In this document: positions 35,678 through 49,000 of the stretch, one piece after another
Layout: every line of letters starts with the position of its first letter
Position numbering within the stretch: the stretch's first letter is position 1
Origin: Macrostomum hystrix
Taxonomy: Eukaryota > Animalia > Platyhelminthes
Length of the DNA stretch: 64,000 nucleotides
Reading direction: 5' to 3'
Assembly: GCA_950097015.1 (NCBI GenBank)
Contig: CATNEN010000039.1
Span: forward strand, 310,001 to 374,000
Notes under the pieces: model-generated
Told to the model about the DNA's origin: nothing
The model's database searches: none
What the model saw: only the letters and a program-made list of their open reading frames with translations
Position numbers and translations under genes: made by a program

Positions 35678-36397
35678 TAAGTTTTTTGTATTTACTCAAA
35701 ATTAAACTAAGCAGATGGGCTGCTAAACCCTAACAATCGACTTTCCTCACTAGCTATTGAAACTCAAATTTAGTGAATGCACTTTTTATACTTTTATATT
35801 GAATTATCAGCGCCGCGTACGAGCATAGCTGTCGCTGCATTTCGGCAAGTTTCTGGCAATATCTCATTTTGCCTTCACTTTTGCTTGCCCATTGCCCAGT
35901 GACCCAGTGACTTTCCATATCCTATATTATATGATAGCTATGTGGAAGCAGGACACAGGCTCCTGTCCTCCCCGAATCTGCTCACAAAATTTCGTCATGT
36001 AGTCATGTCGACTGTTATTGCTGATTATAATGTACAGATTATATTGTTTGTTTCGTTTTTATTGAACCAATATGGATTCGCGATATAGGCTTTTACAAAG
36101 CAATGTTAGCAGTCTTTGTCATCAGTCTTCGAAAAGAACTGCTGAATATCTTGACGATGCTGACGTTAGACGGCTTTGAAAGTTGGTTTATCGCAACGGG
36201 CGGAAAATGATATGTATGTTGGACTTTCACGAAAATCGTTTATTCGGTTTGGTAGCTATCGTGAAGTAGACAGTGGGTACTTGAAACCCTGCGGAAAATG
36301 ATATGTATGTTGGACTTTCACGAAAATAGTTTATTCGGTTTGGTAGCTATCGTGAAGTAGACAGTGGGTACTTCAAACCCTGCGGAAAAATGATTTG

Positions 36398-39300
36398 TGT
36401 GATATCTGACACGAGTTCGTATTTGGGAAGGAAGAACCGGTTGTAAGTCTATTTTGTTATTTTAGCATTTCAAATAATCAGATCATCTCAAGGGTGAATA
36501 AGCAGGGCAATACGTGTAGCTTTTAAAGAAGGGGCAAGCATCACTGGCAGAACGAAGTGAAGATAGGGCGGGTTTGTACCATAGACTAAACTTCAATGCG
36601 TGTCATGTCTCCCATCAGACAGAAGTTGAACAGCAACAAAGGGGTGATAATAAGTAGGGTTCAATGAGGTGCAAAGATGGGCTAGTTAATGGATTCAGTC
36701 CAGTAATTTAGTAAAGCAATTAGTTCAATGTATAACTACTAGTATGTTCAATGCTTCTTAGATATAAAATCATGGGGCATAACGGCTTGGCGGCCTGCGC
36801 TCGCGCGTGCTTCGGCGATATCCTACGGGTTCGTGTGCTTGCGCCTCTCCCGTTGGTGCAGCATCGGCGGTGTTTGCCATCGTGTCCACGACTTCAGTGT
36901 CTAGCGACTCGCCGTCATCCGGCAGGGGTGCGAGCTGATTCTCGCTCGCCAGGCGGAGGTCAGCCCCATCCAGCACCCAAGCCGTATTGTGTCCGCGGTT
37001 CATCACGTACTCAACGGTGGAGGGCGGAGCTCTCGGTACCGGCTGATAGAGAACCCGCTCGCCTTGATTGAATGGAGATACCAGTGGCACACGAAGTGGG
37101 CGTCCGAAAACAAGCTCAGCAGGACTGCGGCCGCGTGATTGCGCAGAGTTGCGGTGGTGGAATAGGACACGCTGTAAAAAGGGGGTAAATTCAGCATGAG
37201 TGATCTTTTCGGTCCACGCGCGTAAAGCTCTCTTGACTGTCTGAACAGCTCGTTCAGCAGCACCATTTACTTGCGGGTAGTAGGTGGGTGACTCAAGCTT
37301 TCTGACTCCATTCAGCTTCAGCCATGTTCTGAATGCGTCGCTGACGAACTCTGGTGCATTGTCTGAGACCAGCAACTCTGGGACACCAAATCGAGTCACA
37401 ACTGTTCGCAGGGAGCGAATCACAGAGTCGCTAGACCTGTCTTTGCATGGAAATGCCTCAATCCAGCCGGAATAGGCATCGACCACGATAAGAATGTTTC
37501 CGACATCTTTGATATACGCCCAATCGATATGAAGCTTTTGAAACGGGTAGTCCGTGTTGGGCCAGGTGTCTCTAGTCTTTAGAAGTCTAGGTCTCAATTT
37601 GCTGCAGTCAGTGCACTGCCGGACAAATCGCTCAACGTCTGAGCGCATCCCGGGCCACCAACACGACAGGGACATCAAATTAAAGGTGGCGATGTAGCCG
37701 GAGTGGGTGCTGTGTGCTGTTTTGAAAGCTTCCTTGCGAAGCCGCGGTGGAATATAGGCTTGGCGGCCTTTGAATAATAGTCCGTCTTCAATAGTGAGCG
37801 ACTCAGCCACCCTCTCGAAAGCCTGCTCAGCCTGGGAACACCGGTGCCAATCGCCGGAACGAACCCGGGTCATGATCTTTTGAGAAAGGGTGTCCAGGTC
37901 AAGTTCGGCCAAAAGGCGTTGATGTGAGATGACAGGGGTCTCGAACGCAACGCAGTTTATAGCCTCGGAGACGTCCTTGGAGTCAACCGTTGCATCAGTG
38001 AAGCGCAGTCGAGACAGAGCGTCAGCATGCGGAATATCGCTGCCCGGCACGTAGCGAATGGTGTAATTATAGTGCATTAATGCCATTGCCCAGCGAGAGA
38101 TTCGCGTTGAGGTGTTGAGTGGGATTCCGCTTGCTTGTCCCAGGAGACTGATCAATGGTTTGTGGTCCGTCTGAATTGTGAAGTTTCTTCCTAGCAGATA
38201 GTGTTTCAGTCTGTTGACGGCCCAAAATATTGCCAGTGCCTCCCGCTCGATATTCGAGTAGTTTTGCTCCGATTTTGTGAGGCTTCGAGATATGTAGATA
38301 ACAGGGTGTCCTTCCTGTGTGACTACACCAGCGAGAGCACCTTTCGAGGCGTCAGTTGTGAGAGTGAGCTCCTTCTCCAATGAGTAGGGCTGAACCACAG
38401 GCTTTGATGCGATCTCGTTTTTTAAAGCTTGAAATGCGCGCTCGCATTCGTCAGTCCACCGAAATGGCGTGTCAGCTCGGCGAAGGCGATTGAGCGGATC
38501 GACCTTGCAAGAGAAGTTTGGGATGAGTCGGCCGAAGAAATTGACAAGCCCTACAAACTGTTCCAGTTCCTTTTTATCAGTTGGTGAGGCAATTTTGCGT
38601 ATCTTTTCCACCAGCCTGTCGTCTGGCTTGATGCCAGCGGCAGATATTTGGAAGCCCAAGAAAGAAATTTCATCTGCTTCCTCGACACACTTGTCCTCGT
38701 TGATGGTGACGTGCTTCTCTGCTAATCGTGTCTTTACAGCCCGAAGCCTCTTTTTCAGGGAATCTTGGTTCTCGGCAAACACTAAGACATCGTCCTGGTA
38801 GATGAGAACTCCTTTGAGGTCCGATAGAATGCTCTCCATTGTTCGCTGGAAGATGAAGGATGCATTCTTCATACCCATCTGAAGCCTTTTGACCCGAAAG
38901 AGTCCTTTCGACGTGTTAATTATGGAGAGGTCCTGAGCATCTTCATCAAGTTCAATTTGCCAGTAGGCGGAGCGTAAGTCTACTTTCGCAAACTTCTTTG
39001 AATTTTTTAACTTTGCCAGCAGATACTCCACACTTGGGATCGGATAGTCTTCGGATTGGATCTTAGCATTTACATGCACGCTATAGTCGGCGCACATCCG
39101 TAGCGTGCCGTCCTTTTTCTTTACCCAGACCACCGGGGAGGAGTTACTCACCGGTCCGTCGATGGGTTCAATTACGCCAAGTTGCTGCAGTCTGTTCAGC
39201 TCGGAGTTCACGGCCGACTCGAGTGCAAGTGGCACCGGGCGAGCGCGGCAGAACTTGGGCGCAGCGCCATCCACCAGAGTCATTGTTGCTTTCTGGCCTT

Positions 39301-40709
39301 TGATTATTGGCAGATTCTCAATCTTTGGCACATTGTTGGTTCCAGCCGCAACGCTAAAGATGCTATCGGAATCTAGAAGGTCTCGGCCCAGAAGACCAAA
39401 ATCCTTGCTGGCTCTGACAACCGTCATGGTAACAGGGTGTAGCCGACCTCGGAATTCGATTGCGGTTGGCAATGAGCCCAGAACTTGGAGCTGATGCCCG
39501 TCATATGCTTGGAGCCTGCGGTGAGACGTCTGCAGTGCGGGACGGCCGATGCGGTCCCAGATGACGGAGGATATTATGCTTACCGCAGCACCTGTATCCA
39601 GCTGCATGGGCACACGGGCCCCCATGATGACAACGTCTTCCATAGCACTGCTAGCTATGGCATGAATTGCGTCGGCGTCAGAGAGGTGTAGAACTTCCGG
39701 CTGCGAACAACTGGCAGGGTCATCGTCGGCATGATGTACGTGTTTTGGCCGTGAGGAGCGGCACACCGAAGCGAAATGATTTGCCTTTGAACATTTGCTG
39801 CAGGTCTTGCCAAAGGCGGGGCACTTGCCCGTTGCGTGAGATTTGCCACAGTAACCACAGTTACGGTTTGCTGCCTGTCGCCGAGAATCGCTGTGGTTTA
39901 TCTCTGCGGCAACGTTGCACCGCTGATTCGGTGATGCCTGAGACTCGACGAATTGCTTCATCTGACCTAGCTGATGCACCAGTTCGATAATTTCAGCAAC
40001 AGGAAGCTCCTTCACTTGCATGGCCTCAAGAACCTTCTGCTGGGTCCGTGGACAGTGCATGCCGGCTACAAGCGCGAGCTTGATCATTTCGTCCTCGGGG
40101 CTCGCCGCCCGCTTCAGTTGGTCAAACTTGCAGGTGCGAGCTGCCTTCTTCAAACGCACAAGAAAGTCCGGCAAGGCTTCGTTGTCGTGTTGTCGAAGCG
40201 AGTAAAATTTCGTCCTTTCGCTGAGAACCAGCCGCTCTTTGGGCTGGAGATATGTTTAGATGGCATCTTCGATAGCGCTAAATGTTTGTGTGACTACTTC
40301 TGCAGGAGCCAGCAGGCATGAGAGCTTTTCCAAGGAATTCAAGCCACAAAGAGCTAGGAAGTTGTCTGCAATTTGTCGACTTTCGACTGTATCTGTCCAC
40401 TTTCGCGCTCGAGCCAAGGCGCGAAATGCAATAAGCCATGTCAATGCACGGTCCGTATCGTTTAGGTCTAAAGGACCAAGACATCCTGCTTGCGACGCCA
40501 TTGTGATATCTGACACGAGTTCGTATTTGGGAAGGAAGAACCGGTTGTAAGTCTATTTTGTTATTTTAGCATTTCAAATAATCAGATCATCTCAAGGGTG
40601 AATAAGCAGGGCAATACGTGTAGCTTTTAAAGAAGGGGCAAGCATCACTGGCAGAACGAAGTGAAGATAGGGCGGGTTTGTACCATAGACTAAACTTCAA
40701 TGCGTGTCA
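36398..40709 (-). mobile_element. Ty3/gypsy LTR retrotransposon, Mag-like
   Basis: Two identical 208 bp TG...CA LTRs (36398-36605, 40502-40709), PBS TGGCGTCGC 1 nt inside the 5' LTR, 5 bp TSD ATTTG/ATATG with one mismatch, single gag-pol frame. Confidence 0.96.
36770..40501 (-). CDS. Gag-Pol polyprotein (two CCHC knuckles, protease, RT, RNase H, integrase) with one in-frame TAA at 40256-40258
   Basis: CGYCGKSH...C and CSKCSKANHFASVC; LDTGA; YQDD; TDAS and YSNIEREAL; H..H/C..C zinc motif; HID, SDNAPEF and NGAAERAV. ORFs 40256-40516 and 36770-40174 are in the same frame. Confidence 0.92.
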
Positions 40710-41031
40710 ATATGTATGTTGGACTTTCACGAAAATAGTTTATTCGGTTTGGTAGCTATCGTGAAGTAGACAGTGGGTACTTGAAACCCTGCGGAAAAAT
40801 GATATGTATGTTGGACTTTCACGAAAATAGTTTATTCGGTTTGGTAGCTATCGTGAAGTAGACAGTGTGTACTTGAAACCCTGCGGAAAAATGATATGTA
40901 TGTTGGACTTTCACGAAAATAGTTTATTCGGTTTGGTAGCTATCGTGAAGTAGACAGTGGGTACTTGAAACCCTGCGCAAAATGATATGTATGTTGGACT
41001 TTCACGAAAATAGTTTATTCGGTTTGGTAGC

Positions 41032-41786
41032 GTGTCCAATCGGTGTTCGCTGATTGGTTGTAAACACCCACCCCAGACACCCACCCCTCCGCCTTGTGCT
41101 GGGTCGTATTTCAGCCGGCGCCCGCGTGCTGCCCAGCCTTGTCTCTTCGCGCTGCGTGGTGCGTGGTGCTTCTGCCTTCTGTATTTTTGCTTTCGCGTTT
41201 AGTTGTCGTTTGCTATGCTCGCTGGTCTTGCTGTAACTTTTTTTACACTTTCAACCATTTTGTGTTTTATGTTTTAGCTCAGTTTTAAGTGCGGTGTCAC
41301 CCTCTTTTGCTTTTCGTGTTGCGTGCCTCCCTCCTTCCTCTTCTTTTTTGGGTTTGGGCCATAGACGGTGCCCTTCCCTCGTTCGCTCTCTGCTATGTCG
41401 CAACTGCTGTCTCTGTCTGCCTTCGTGTCTGGGAGTGTGGTGTTTAGTGTCCAATCGGTGTTCGCTGATTGGTTGTAAACACCCACCCCAGACACCCACC
41501 CCTCCGCCTTGTGCTGGGTCGTATTTCAGCCGGCGCCCGCGTGCTGCCCAGCCTTGTCTCTTCGCGCTGCGTGGTGTGAAATTTTCTTTTTTGCCTTTTC
41601 CTGGCTTCCTTTTTCTTGCTTTTCTGTGCTTTTTGCTTTCTTCGCCGTTTTAATTATTTTCTTCGAAACAATTTATCAGCAAATATATTGCATGTGGGCC
41701 ATAGACGGTGCCCTTCCCTCGTTCGCTCTCTGCTATGTCGCAACTGCTGTCTCTGTCTGCCTTCGTGTCTGGGAGTGTGGTGTTTA
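41032..41786. mobile_element. Miniature ORF-less element with split direct repeats (A1-B1A2-B2), Ngaro/PAT-like
   Basis: A1 41032-41161 = A2 41447-41576 (130 bp); B1 41355-41446 = B2 41695-41786 (92 bp). Removing the element restores the host unit GGTAGC|TATCGTGAAG exactly, with no TSD. Confidence 0.75.
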
Positions 41787-43056
41787 TATCGTGAAGTAGA
41801 CAGTGGGTACTTGAAACCCTGCGGAAAAATGATATGTATGTTGGACTTTCACGAAATAGTTTATTCGGTTTGGTAGCTATCGTGAAGTAGACAGTGGGTA
41901 CTTGAAACCCTGCGGAAAAATGATATGTATGTTGGACTTTCACGAAAATAGTTTATTCGGTTTGGTAGCTATCGTGAAGTAGACAGTGGGTACTTGAAAC
42001 CCTGCGGGGGAAATAGTGTGATCTTTCTACTGTTAAGTAGCCATGCTCGCATATAATGCTAGCCTTTCGATTTCAAGCACTTTTTCTACTCGTAGCTCTC
42101 TCATCAATAAACAAAAATTCATAATCAGATCCCCAGTTCCCAGCGGTTTTAGTTGGAGGCCCTTTTGCAGTCACTGCATCTGTCCGAGTCCTACAGCCGC
42201 TATCTGGAAATCCGAACCAAACACAAGCCCGGCACATGATACATATTACGCTTGTTTGTGCTGGGAAATATGCACAGTGGAATCTGTAGGGAAGCAATTG
42301 TGCTGTGAATGACGGTGTATTTCGCAGGCTTGTAAGCATATGCAGAATTGACTAATTAGTTTATAGGCAGTTGTGAACAAAATCTTCTGCGGCTGAACAA
42401 GTTCAGAAGTAAATACGAGCTCGTAATCAAAACTCTGAATATTAGTCAACCATGGGCTGCAAGCGCGAAAAATTTGAGAAAAAATACTTCATATCAGGTG
42501 CAGCTGTTCCAGATTGCTCCCAAAGTGCCCCGTGTTCCGCTCCATGAGGGAGAAAAGCCGCAGATGAGCAGTAAAACTGGCCCTTCACCAACTCGCTGCT
42601 TGCTGAGAAGCAGCAGGACTGGCTGTGGTGGCCTGCTAACTGCATTGGAAGCATGAGCACAGTATCTGCACTAGCGTAAGGCAACTACAAGAACAGGAGA
42701 ATGAAAAAATAGGCAGAAACTCCAGGGAAGAAATCTCGAACGCGTGCTTGAAGCAAATGTCGAGCAACAGAAAGCAAATAGGAAGGCGGAGCGGGAATCG
42801 CGCTGGCTGCGGCGGGCAGGAATGGGCGCCGGTGCTCTGATGAGAGCAGTGAATCAGTGCAAGGGATTTCTTATCCCGGTCTGCGCATATGTGTTGTGGG
42901 ATGATTGGCTTTGAGGAGGTTAGGAGGCATGAGCTCGAAGACCGAGTATTAATCCTAATGAGTAGAGGCTGGGGCGTCAAGTGAAAACATTTGAGTTGGA
43001 GTAATTCTGCCAAGTTGCTCAAATCAGCGTTGAGACCGGCAGCAGCCGCGAGCCAG

Positions 43057-46000
43057 CTAACTTTTGTGCGCGGACGAGCCCTTGCGCTTCTTCTGGTCCG
43101 CCGCCAGGTGCAACGGCAGAGGCAGCGCCTGCACCGTTGATGTAGCGGAGCCCGTCGCTGACCTGGTTGATACCGATGACGGTGAAGGTGACAGGCGCGG
43201 GACCACAGCTGCATGCAGAGTCGGTGACGTCATCAAGGGGGTGCCGCCGTGGCCACCATTCAGGGTGCCGTTTTCCCTCGAAAGGCGGTCCTCGACAAGG
43301 CGTGAGTTTAAGTGCAGCGGCATTTGCGGCTGCTGAGGCACAGCGGCGGCCACCAGGCTGCTGGCCGACTTCGAGTGGCCCTTTGATGAGGAAATCGTCA
43401 AGCTGCCTCCGCCACCGACAATAGCCGTCGATACCGCGAGAACGGGACTCGGCGACAGCGGGGAGTGAGAAATTAAAGGCCGCTGGTGCTGCTGCGGCAC
43501 AGACGGCTCGGTCATATCGTCACTGAATGATTTCATATGCTGATTGCGCATGCTGTTGTACTGGTCGAACTGCATCTGCAGGGTCCGCTTCTGCTCCGTG
43601 AGACTGGCCTGCTGCCGTTCCAGCTCCTCCTGGCTATGCCGCAGCTTTTCCTCCTTTCGCTCCAGCTCCTCCTTGCGCGTCTCGAGCCGGGCCATCTCTC
43701 GCATTTTCTCGTCCCGAAAGCGATTTTTCTCTGCCTCCAGGTCTGCCCGCTGCAGCCGGATCTGAAAGGGGATGCAGCTCGGTCAGTCAGCGCCACCGGG
43801 TCCTACAGACTCCTGAGGACACCTAGAAATAGGTGACCCACTAGCTTAATCTACAGACTCCTGAGGACACCAAGAAATAGGTGACCCACTAGCTTAATCT
43901 ACAGACTCCTGAGGACACCAAGAAATAGGTGACCCACTAGTTTAATCTACAGACTCCTGAGGACACCCAGAAATAGGTGACCCACTAGATTAATCTACAG
44001 ACTCCTGGGGACACCCAGAAATAGGTGACCCACTAGTTTAATCTACAGACTCCTAAGGACACCCAGAAATAGGTGACCCACTAGCTCAATCTACAGACTC
44101 CTAAGGACACCCAGAAATAGGTGACCCACTAGTTTAATCTACAGACTCCTAAGGACACCCAGAAATAGGTGACCCACTAGTTTAATCTACAGACTCCTAA
44201 GGACACCCAGAAATAGGTGACCCACTAGTTTAATCTACAGACTCCTAAGGACACCCAGAAATAGGTGACCCACTAGTTTAATCTACAGTCTCCTAAGGAC
44301 ACCCAGAAATAGGTGACCCACTAGTTTAATCTACAGACTCCTGAGGACACCCAGAAATAGGTGACCCACTAGTTTAATCTACAGACTCCTGAGGACACCC
44401 AGAAATAGGTGACCCACTAGCTCAATCTACAGACTCCTAAGGACACCCAGAAATAGGTGACCCACTAGCTCAATCTACAGACTCCTAAGGACACCCAGAA
44501 ATAGGTGACCCACTAGCTCAATCTACAAGAACCAGAAATCGCCTGCCCGCTAGCGAGCTCCCCCCAGGGTCCTCACCGTCTCCAGCAGAGCATCCTGACT
44601 GCGGTGGCCCTCGGACTCGCGGGCAGCGCGCAGCGTGTTCAGCTCCTGCCGCAGGCGGGCCTCCTCCTTGAAGCGCTCAGCCAGGCGAGTCCGGGCTGAC
44701 AGCAGGTCGCGGCAGAGGCCGGTGACGATGCTGTGCAGACGGTCTAAGCTTACGAGGCCTGCCGCATCAGGCTGACGCAGCTCCGGGTCACTGCCACCGC
44801 TGTCTTCTTCGCTGACAGACGAGCCCTGAGCGTCCCGCGCCGGTCGCTTGAAGACTAACTCGAACACCGAGGGACGGCGGTTCTTCTCCTGCAGAGGGTG
44901 GACAGCGAAAATAAGTCATTGAGCAGCAACTGACAGATGACTGCAGTGCCCTCCTGCCTGCTGACAGATGACTGCTGTGCCATCCTGCCTGCTGGCAGAT
45001 GACTGCAGTGCCATCCTGCCTGCTGACAGATGACTGCAGTGCCATCCTGCCTGCTGACAGATGACTGCAGTGCCATCCTGCCTGCTGACAGATGACTGCA
45101 GTGCCATCCTGCCTGCTGACAGATGACTGCTGTGCCATCCTGCTTGGTGAAATTTTACCATAGGAAATACGAAATCATCCATCAGAGCATGAGAGTCAGT
45201 GAGGCGCTGATAAGGTAAAACTATCTGAAGCCGTTAAGCAGCGTTCAGCACAAGTGGCGGGTTTGACACAGATTTTGCTACTGCCGAAAATGTGCAGCTA
45301 ATCTCCAGCTTGGCTTTAAAAGACAAATTTCTTTCATAAGAGCTTGTATTGGAACACTTATTCAGAATATCCAGAATCCAGAAGATATCCAGAATGGAGC
45401 TTCACTGACCCTCTCTTATCAGTTTATATTGGCTGTAAGTTAGCGCAATGAATAAGCAGGTCTGCGAAGTGAAATGGTTAAATGGCTTTATTGAGCTAAT
45501 GCAGGCCACCTTTATATCCGGAAGGTTAGCAAGTTCTGGAAATTTAAATGCAGCTATGCACAAGCGCATACCGCGGCCTTCAGCGACACAGTTAGGGCAT
45601 TGCTCAATTAACACCCGCGTAACACAATGAGGCAAATGCTATACCCTTGGAGTCAGTCCGAACAGCTCGGACACCGCGTCCGCGGCCACGGATTTGCGGC
45701 GAGCCTGCAGAGTGTGCCAGCAGGGTTATTCAGCTTGAGCAGTTAAGCAAAATATGCGTTGAAACCCTAGCTCCTTACCTGACCTAGACAGTTATCGTAT
45801 CAGTACATTGGAACAGTGATGGGATCAGTACACTGGAACAGTGATGGGATCAGTACACTGGAACAGTGATGGGATCTGTACACTGGAACAGTGATTGGAT
45901 CTGTACACTGGAACAGTGATGGGATCTGTACACTGGAACAGTGATGGGATCTGTACACTGGAACAGTCTATTGCGTTCAAACAATCAACCAATACTTGAA

Positions 46001-49000
46001 TTTCTATTATAGATGTGCATCGGAATGTAACAAAGCAGAACAAGAAGGTAGCAAAACAAAGGCTTGATACCTGGCCCCTCAGTGCAGCATAAGGGCCGTT
46101 CCTGCCCTGCAAGTCGGGTTTCATAGGTTTGGACATAGAGTGCTGAGGTGCAAGGTTTAAACATAAATTGGCAATCCCAATCAACTCAGCTAATTTTTTA
46201 TCGCAAAGTAAATCCAGAATTGGTCGAAAAACTGCTGACTATTCACATGTTGGAGTATTTCCAAAAACTCAAAGAAAACTACTGAAATTCTGGCCGCAGT
46301 TGACTCACCTTAATGGACAGGCTACTCGTTGAAGCACTGGCCGCAGACTTCGAGGGCGTAGGCGTCGGTGGTGGCTGCGGTGTTTGCGGCGGAAGAAGAA
46401 TGTCAGAGCCGTCAGCTGGCTCATCATGGCCGGTGGCGGGCGTAAACTGCTGATGCTGCTGCTGCTGCTGCTGTCTGGAGTCGTAGCCGCTGAACGTGTC
46501 AGCCCGCTTCGGCAAGAACACCGAGGCGGCCGCCTTGTCCTCGGCGTTGCTGGCGCTGCGGGTAAGACTCACGCCAGAGGCCTCCGGGCGCGCAGCGGCG
46601 AAGGAAGGCGCGGAGTGGAGCAGGCGGCGCAGGCACTCGAGCTCCTGCAGGGACAGCCGCAGCAGCTGGTCCGGGTCCGCGCCCTCCTCCGGCGTGGCCG
46701 CGGGTTCCGACGGACCCCATAGGCCGAGCAGCTGCTTCCACAGCTGACTCTTCTCGTTGAGCAGCGCGCGCAGCTCGCGGTCCTTGGCCTCCATGCTGGC
46801 AAGCAGATCAGCGGACACCTTCGACTTCTGGCGCAGCCGCCTCTCGGCCTCAACTGCTCGCTCGTCCGCACGGGGATTTGAGTCTCGGACCTGCAGAGAA
46901 AAAGCAAAAAACTGATTAATGAGGGGAGAGGATGATAAACCCAACGCCGATAGCTGCTGCCTGCGAGGACAATGAGTGACTCTGCGACTATGCACGGGTT
47001 TTCTGAGAACCCATCGAAGCCTTGGCAGGTCCAGCTCCCACCCACCTGGTTGATGCGACGCAGCCACTTGTTGCGCTCCTCCAGGCTCATGCAGCTCAGG
47101 TTGATAAGCGCCGGGTCGGGCTTCTTAATGATGACAAAGAAGGTCGCCTTGGACTTGGCGGTCTCGTTCTCGCGCACGATGGCGTCAGTCTCGCTGAAGT
47201 GGATGACGGGCACGTAGCGGTTGGGACAGGCCAGCGGGCTGTAGCGGCCGCCAGGGAGTTCCTGGAGGAACACGAGCATGTCGTTAAGCAGCAGGGCGAA
47301 GCAGGGCACGGGCGATTTCAGTTCGCTGGTCTGCAAACGCAGGTGGCCGCTGTGCAGTAGGCTGCGCGACATCAGCTGTTCGGCACTGAGACTGCTCTGC
47401 TCAGGAGGTGCGGGCTGGAAGTTGGCTGCGATCTGATCCAGCAGGTGGCGGTTGTGGCTGCTCTCCACGGTCGCGTTAACGCCCTCCAGCAGGCGGTCAA
47501 GATCCTGGCAGGCCCGTGGCATATCCGGGTCCTCGGGCGCAACCTGGCAGTACTCGCTGATCTGGGGGAACAGGGTCTTGTACTTGGACAGCCGCTGAGT
47601 CAGCATCAGGTAGTAATCCTGGAAGGGGGGAGGGCATAAGTTAGAACCCTAGCAGATTCGTCTGAATTGTGTGCATGTGCTCAGTGACAGCACAGACCTG
47701 CAGCGTCTTCCTGCCCGCCAAGGGGCTCCGCTCGCATTCGCGAAGCAGCGCGGGAAAGTCCGGCCAGCGCAGAGCCAGCAGGCCAGGCGCCTTCTGCAGG
47801 CGCAGCGTGTGCTCTGAGCAAAAGCCGCCGTAAGCGCCCAGCCAATCGCGGCCGTTCGGATCGCCGAGGTGCCTCCGCAGGATGGCACCGATGCGGCCGA
47901 GGCCGGGCCAGTCGGACGGATGTTTTTCAGGTGGGGGCTCGCAGTTACGCAGGTCCTGCAGCAGCTGGCTGTGCAGGTGCTCCAGCTTGTCAAGGTGAGG
48001 AAAAAGCTCTTCGACGTCGCGACCGGCGGAGAACAGACGGAGTGGGTCGCGAAAGACGGCCCGCAGCACGCAGATGTTCCTGAGGTGGCTGACCTCTGTG
48101 GACACGAGCTCGTAGATAAAGTTGCAGCGGCGGACCTGCTTCTCACCGCAGCGCTTCAGCAGCCGCCTGTCCTGCGTTTCTGACCAGGAGGCGACGCGCC
48201 GCAGCGACTCAGAGCTCAGCGCCTCCAACCGCGGATCGGAGAGGCGCGCCAAGTACTCCGAGAGTTGCTGTACGGCAGAGCCGCCCGCGCCTCCTCCAAC
48301 GCCCGGCATCGCGGAGGTCGGGCGCACAGAGACCGTGGACGAGGCCTGCCAAGTGGCGCCAGAGCCGTCGGCGGTGTCCATGGTGCTGCCGCCTGCGCCT
48401 CTGCGGTCGTTGCTGACGCTACTGCAATGCAAACCAAATTTGTGAATGAGTAGTCACCCACAGGCTGATTGAGTTAGTAAATTTCGAGTTCTCTTTGCAT
48501 GTAAGAAGTGTATACAATGCTCGGTAGTGTAAGTGACGCAGTGAGCTCAGCTGGTCAATTGTGACCTGCTTGGCTCGGAAAGCTGGTAGAGCGGGCGGCG
48601 ACCGACTGGGTTGGGATATTTCCAGCTCCCTGAAGGCACAGGAAAGCAGGCCCGGCCGCACCCAGTTTCAGCTAGAGAATCTGAGCAACCCGTAAGCTGC
48701 TCTTCCGCCAAGAAGTCGGCGATATTGCGTAGGCTTGGGTAGCTGGTGTTAGAAGTCTGGGCTCTGTGCTTATTGCACCTTCATTGCGCAGCCCGCTAAT
48801 ATGAAGGTTCTGCGCACCTGCACTTGCGCACCTGCCATCAATGCAGCGCCGCTTCTTCAGCTGATTCCTGAGGCCAGCCCCATGCACTGCAAGTAGGCCT
48901 GTGTATACACACAGCAGACGGTGAATGCACAGTGAAATGGAATGGCCATTCAAGCTTAGCCAAGGTGAAAAAAGTGACTGTTAGTCAGCTGCAAAATGGG

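Larger units (their letters stand above)
35965..42032 (-). mobile_element. CAGTAGAAAG/TTAA MITE copy with an internal 91-92 bp tandem array, interrupted by two insertions
   Basis: Ends CTTTCTACTG|TTAA at 42032. The array unit (ATATGTATGTTGGACTTTCACG...GAAACCCTGCGGAAAAATG) at 36203-36397, 40710-41031 and 41787-42005 is the reverse complement of the subterminal part of 22594-23297. The left boundary is approximate. Confidence 0.75.

Noticed and set aside
36407-36605. Alternative LTR boundary defined by the perfect TGACACG...CGTGTCA inverted repeat
   Set aside because: Identity between the LTRs extends 9 nt further, and PBS spacing fits the 36398/40502 boundary.
36203-42005. CRISPR-like appearance of regularly spaced repeats
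   Set aside because: No unique spacers and no cas genes, in a eukaryotic context; these are simple tandem arrays.
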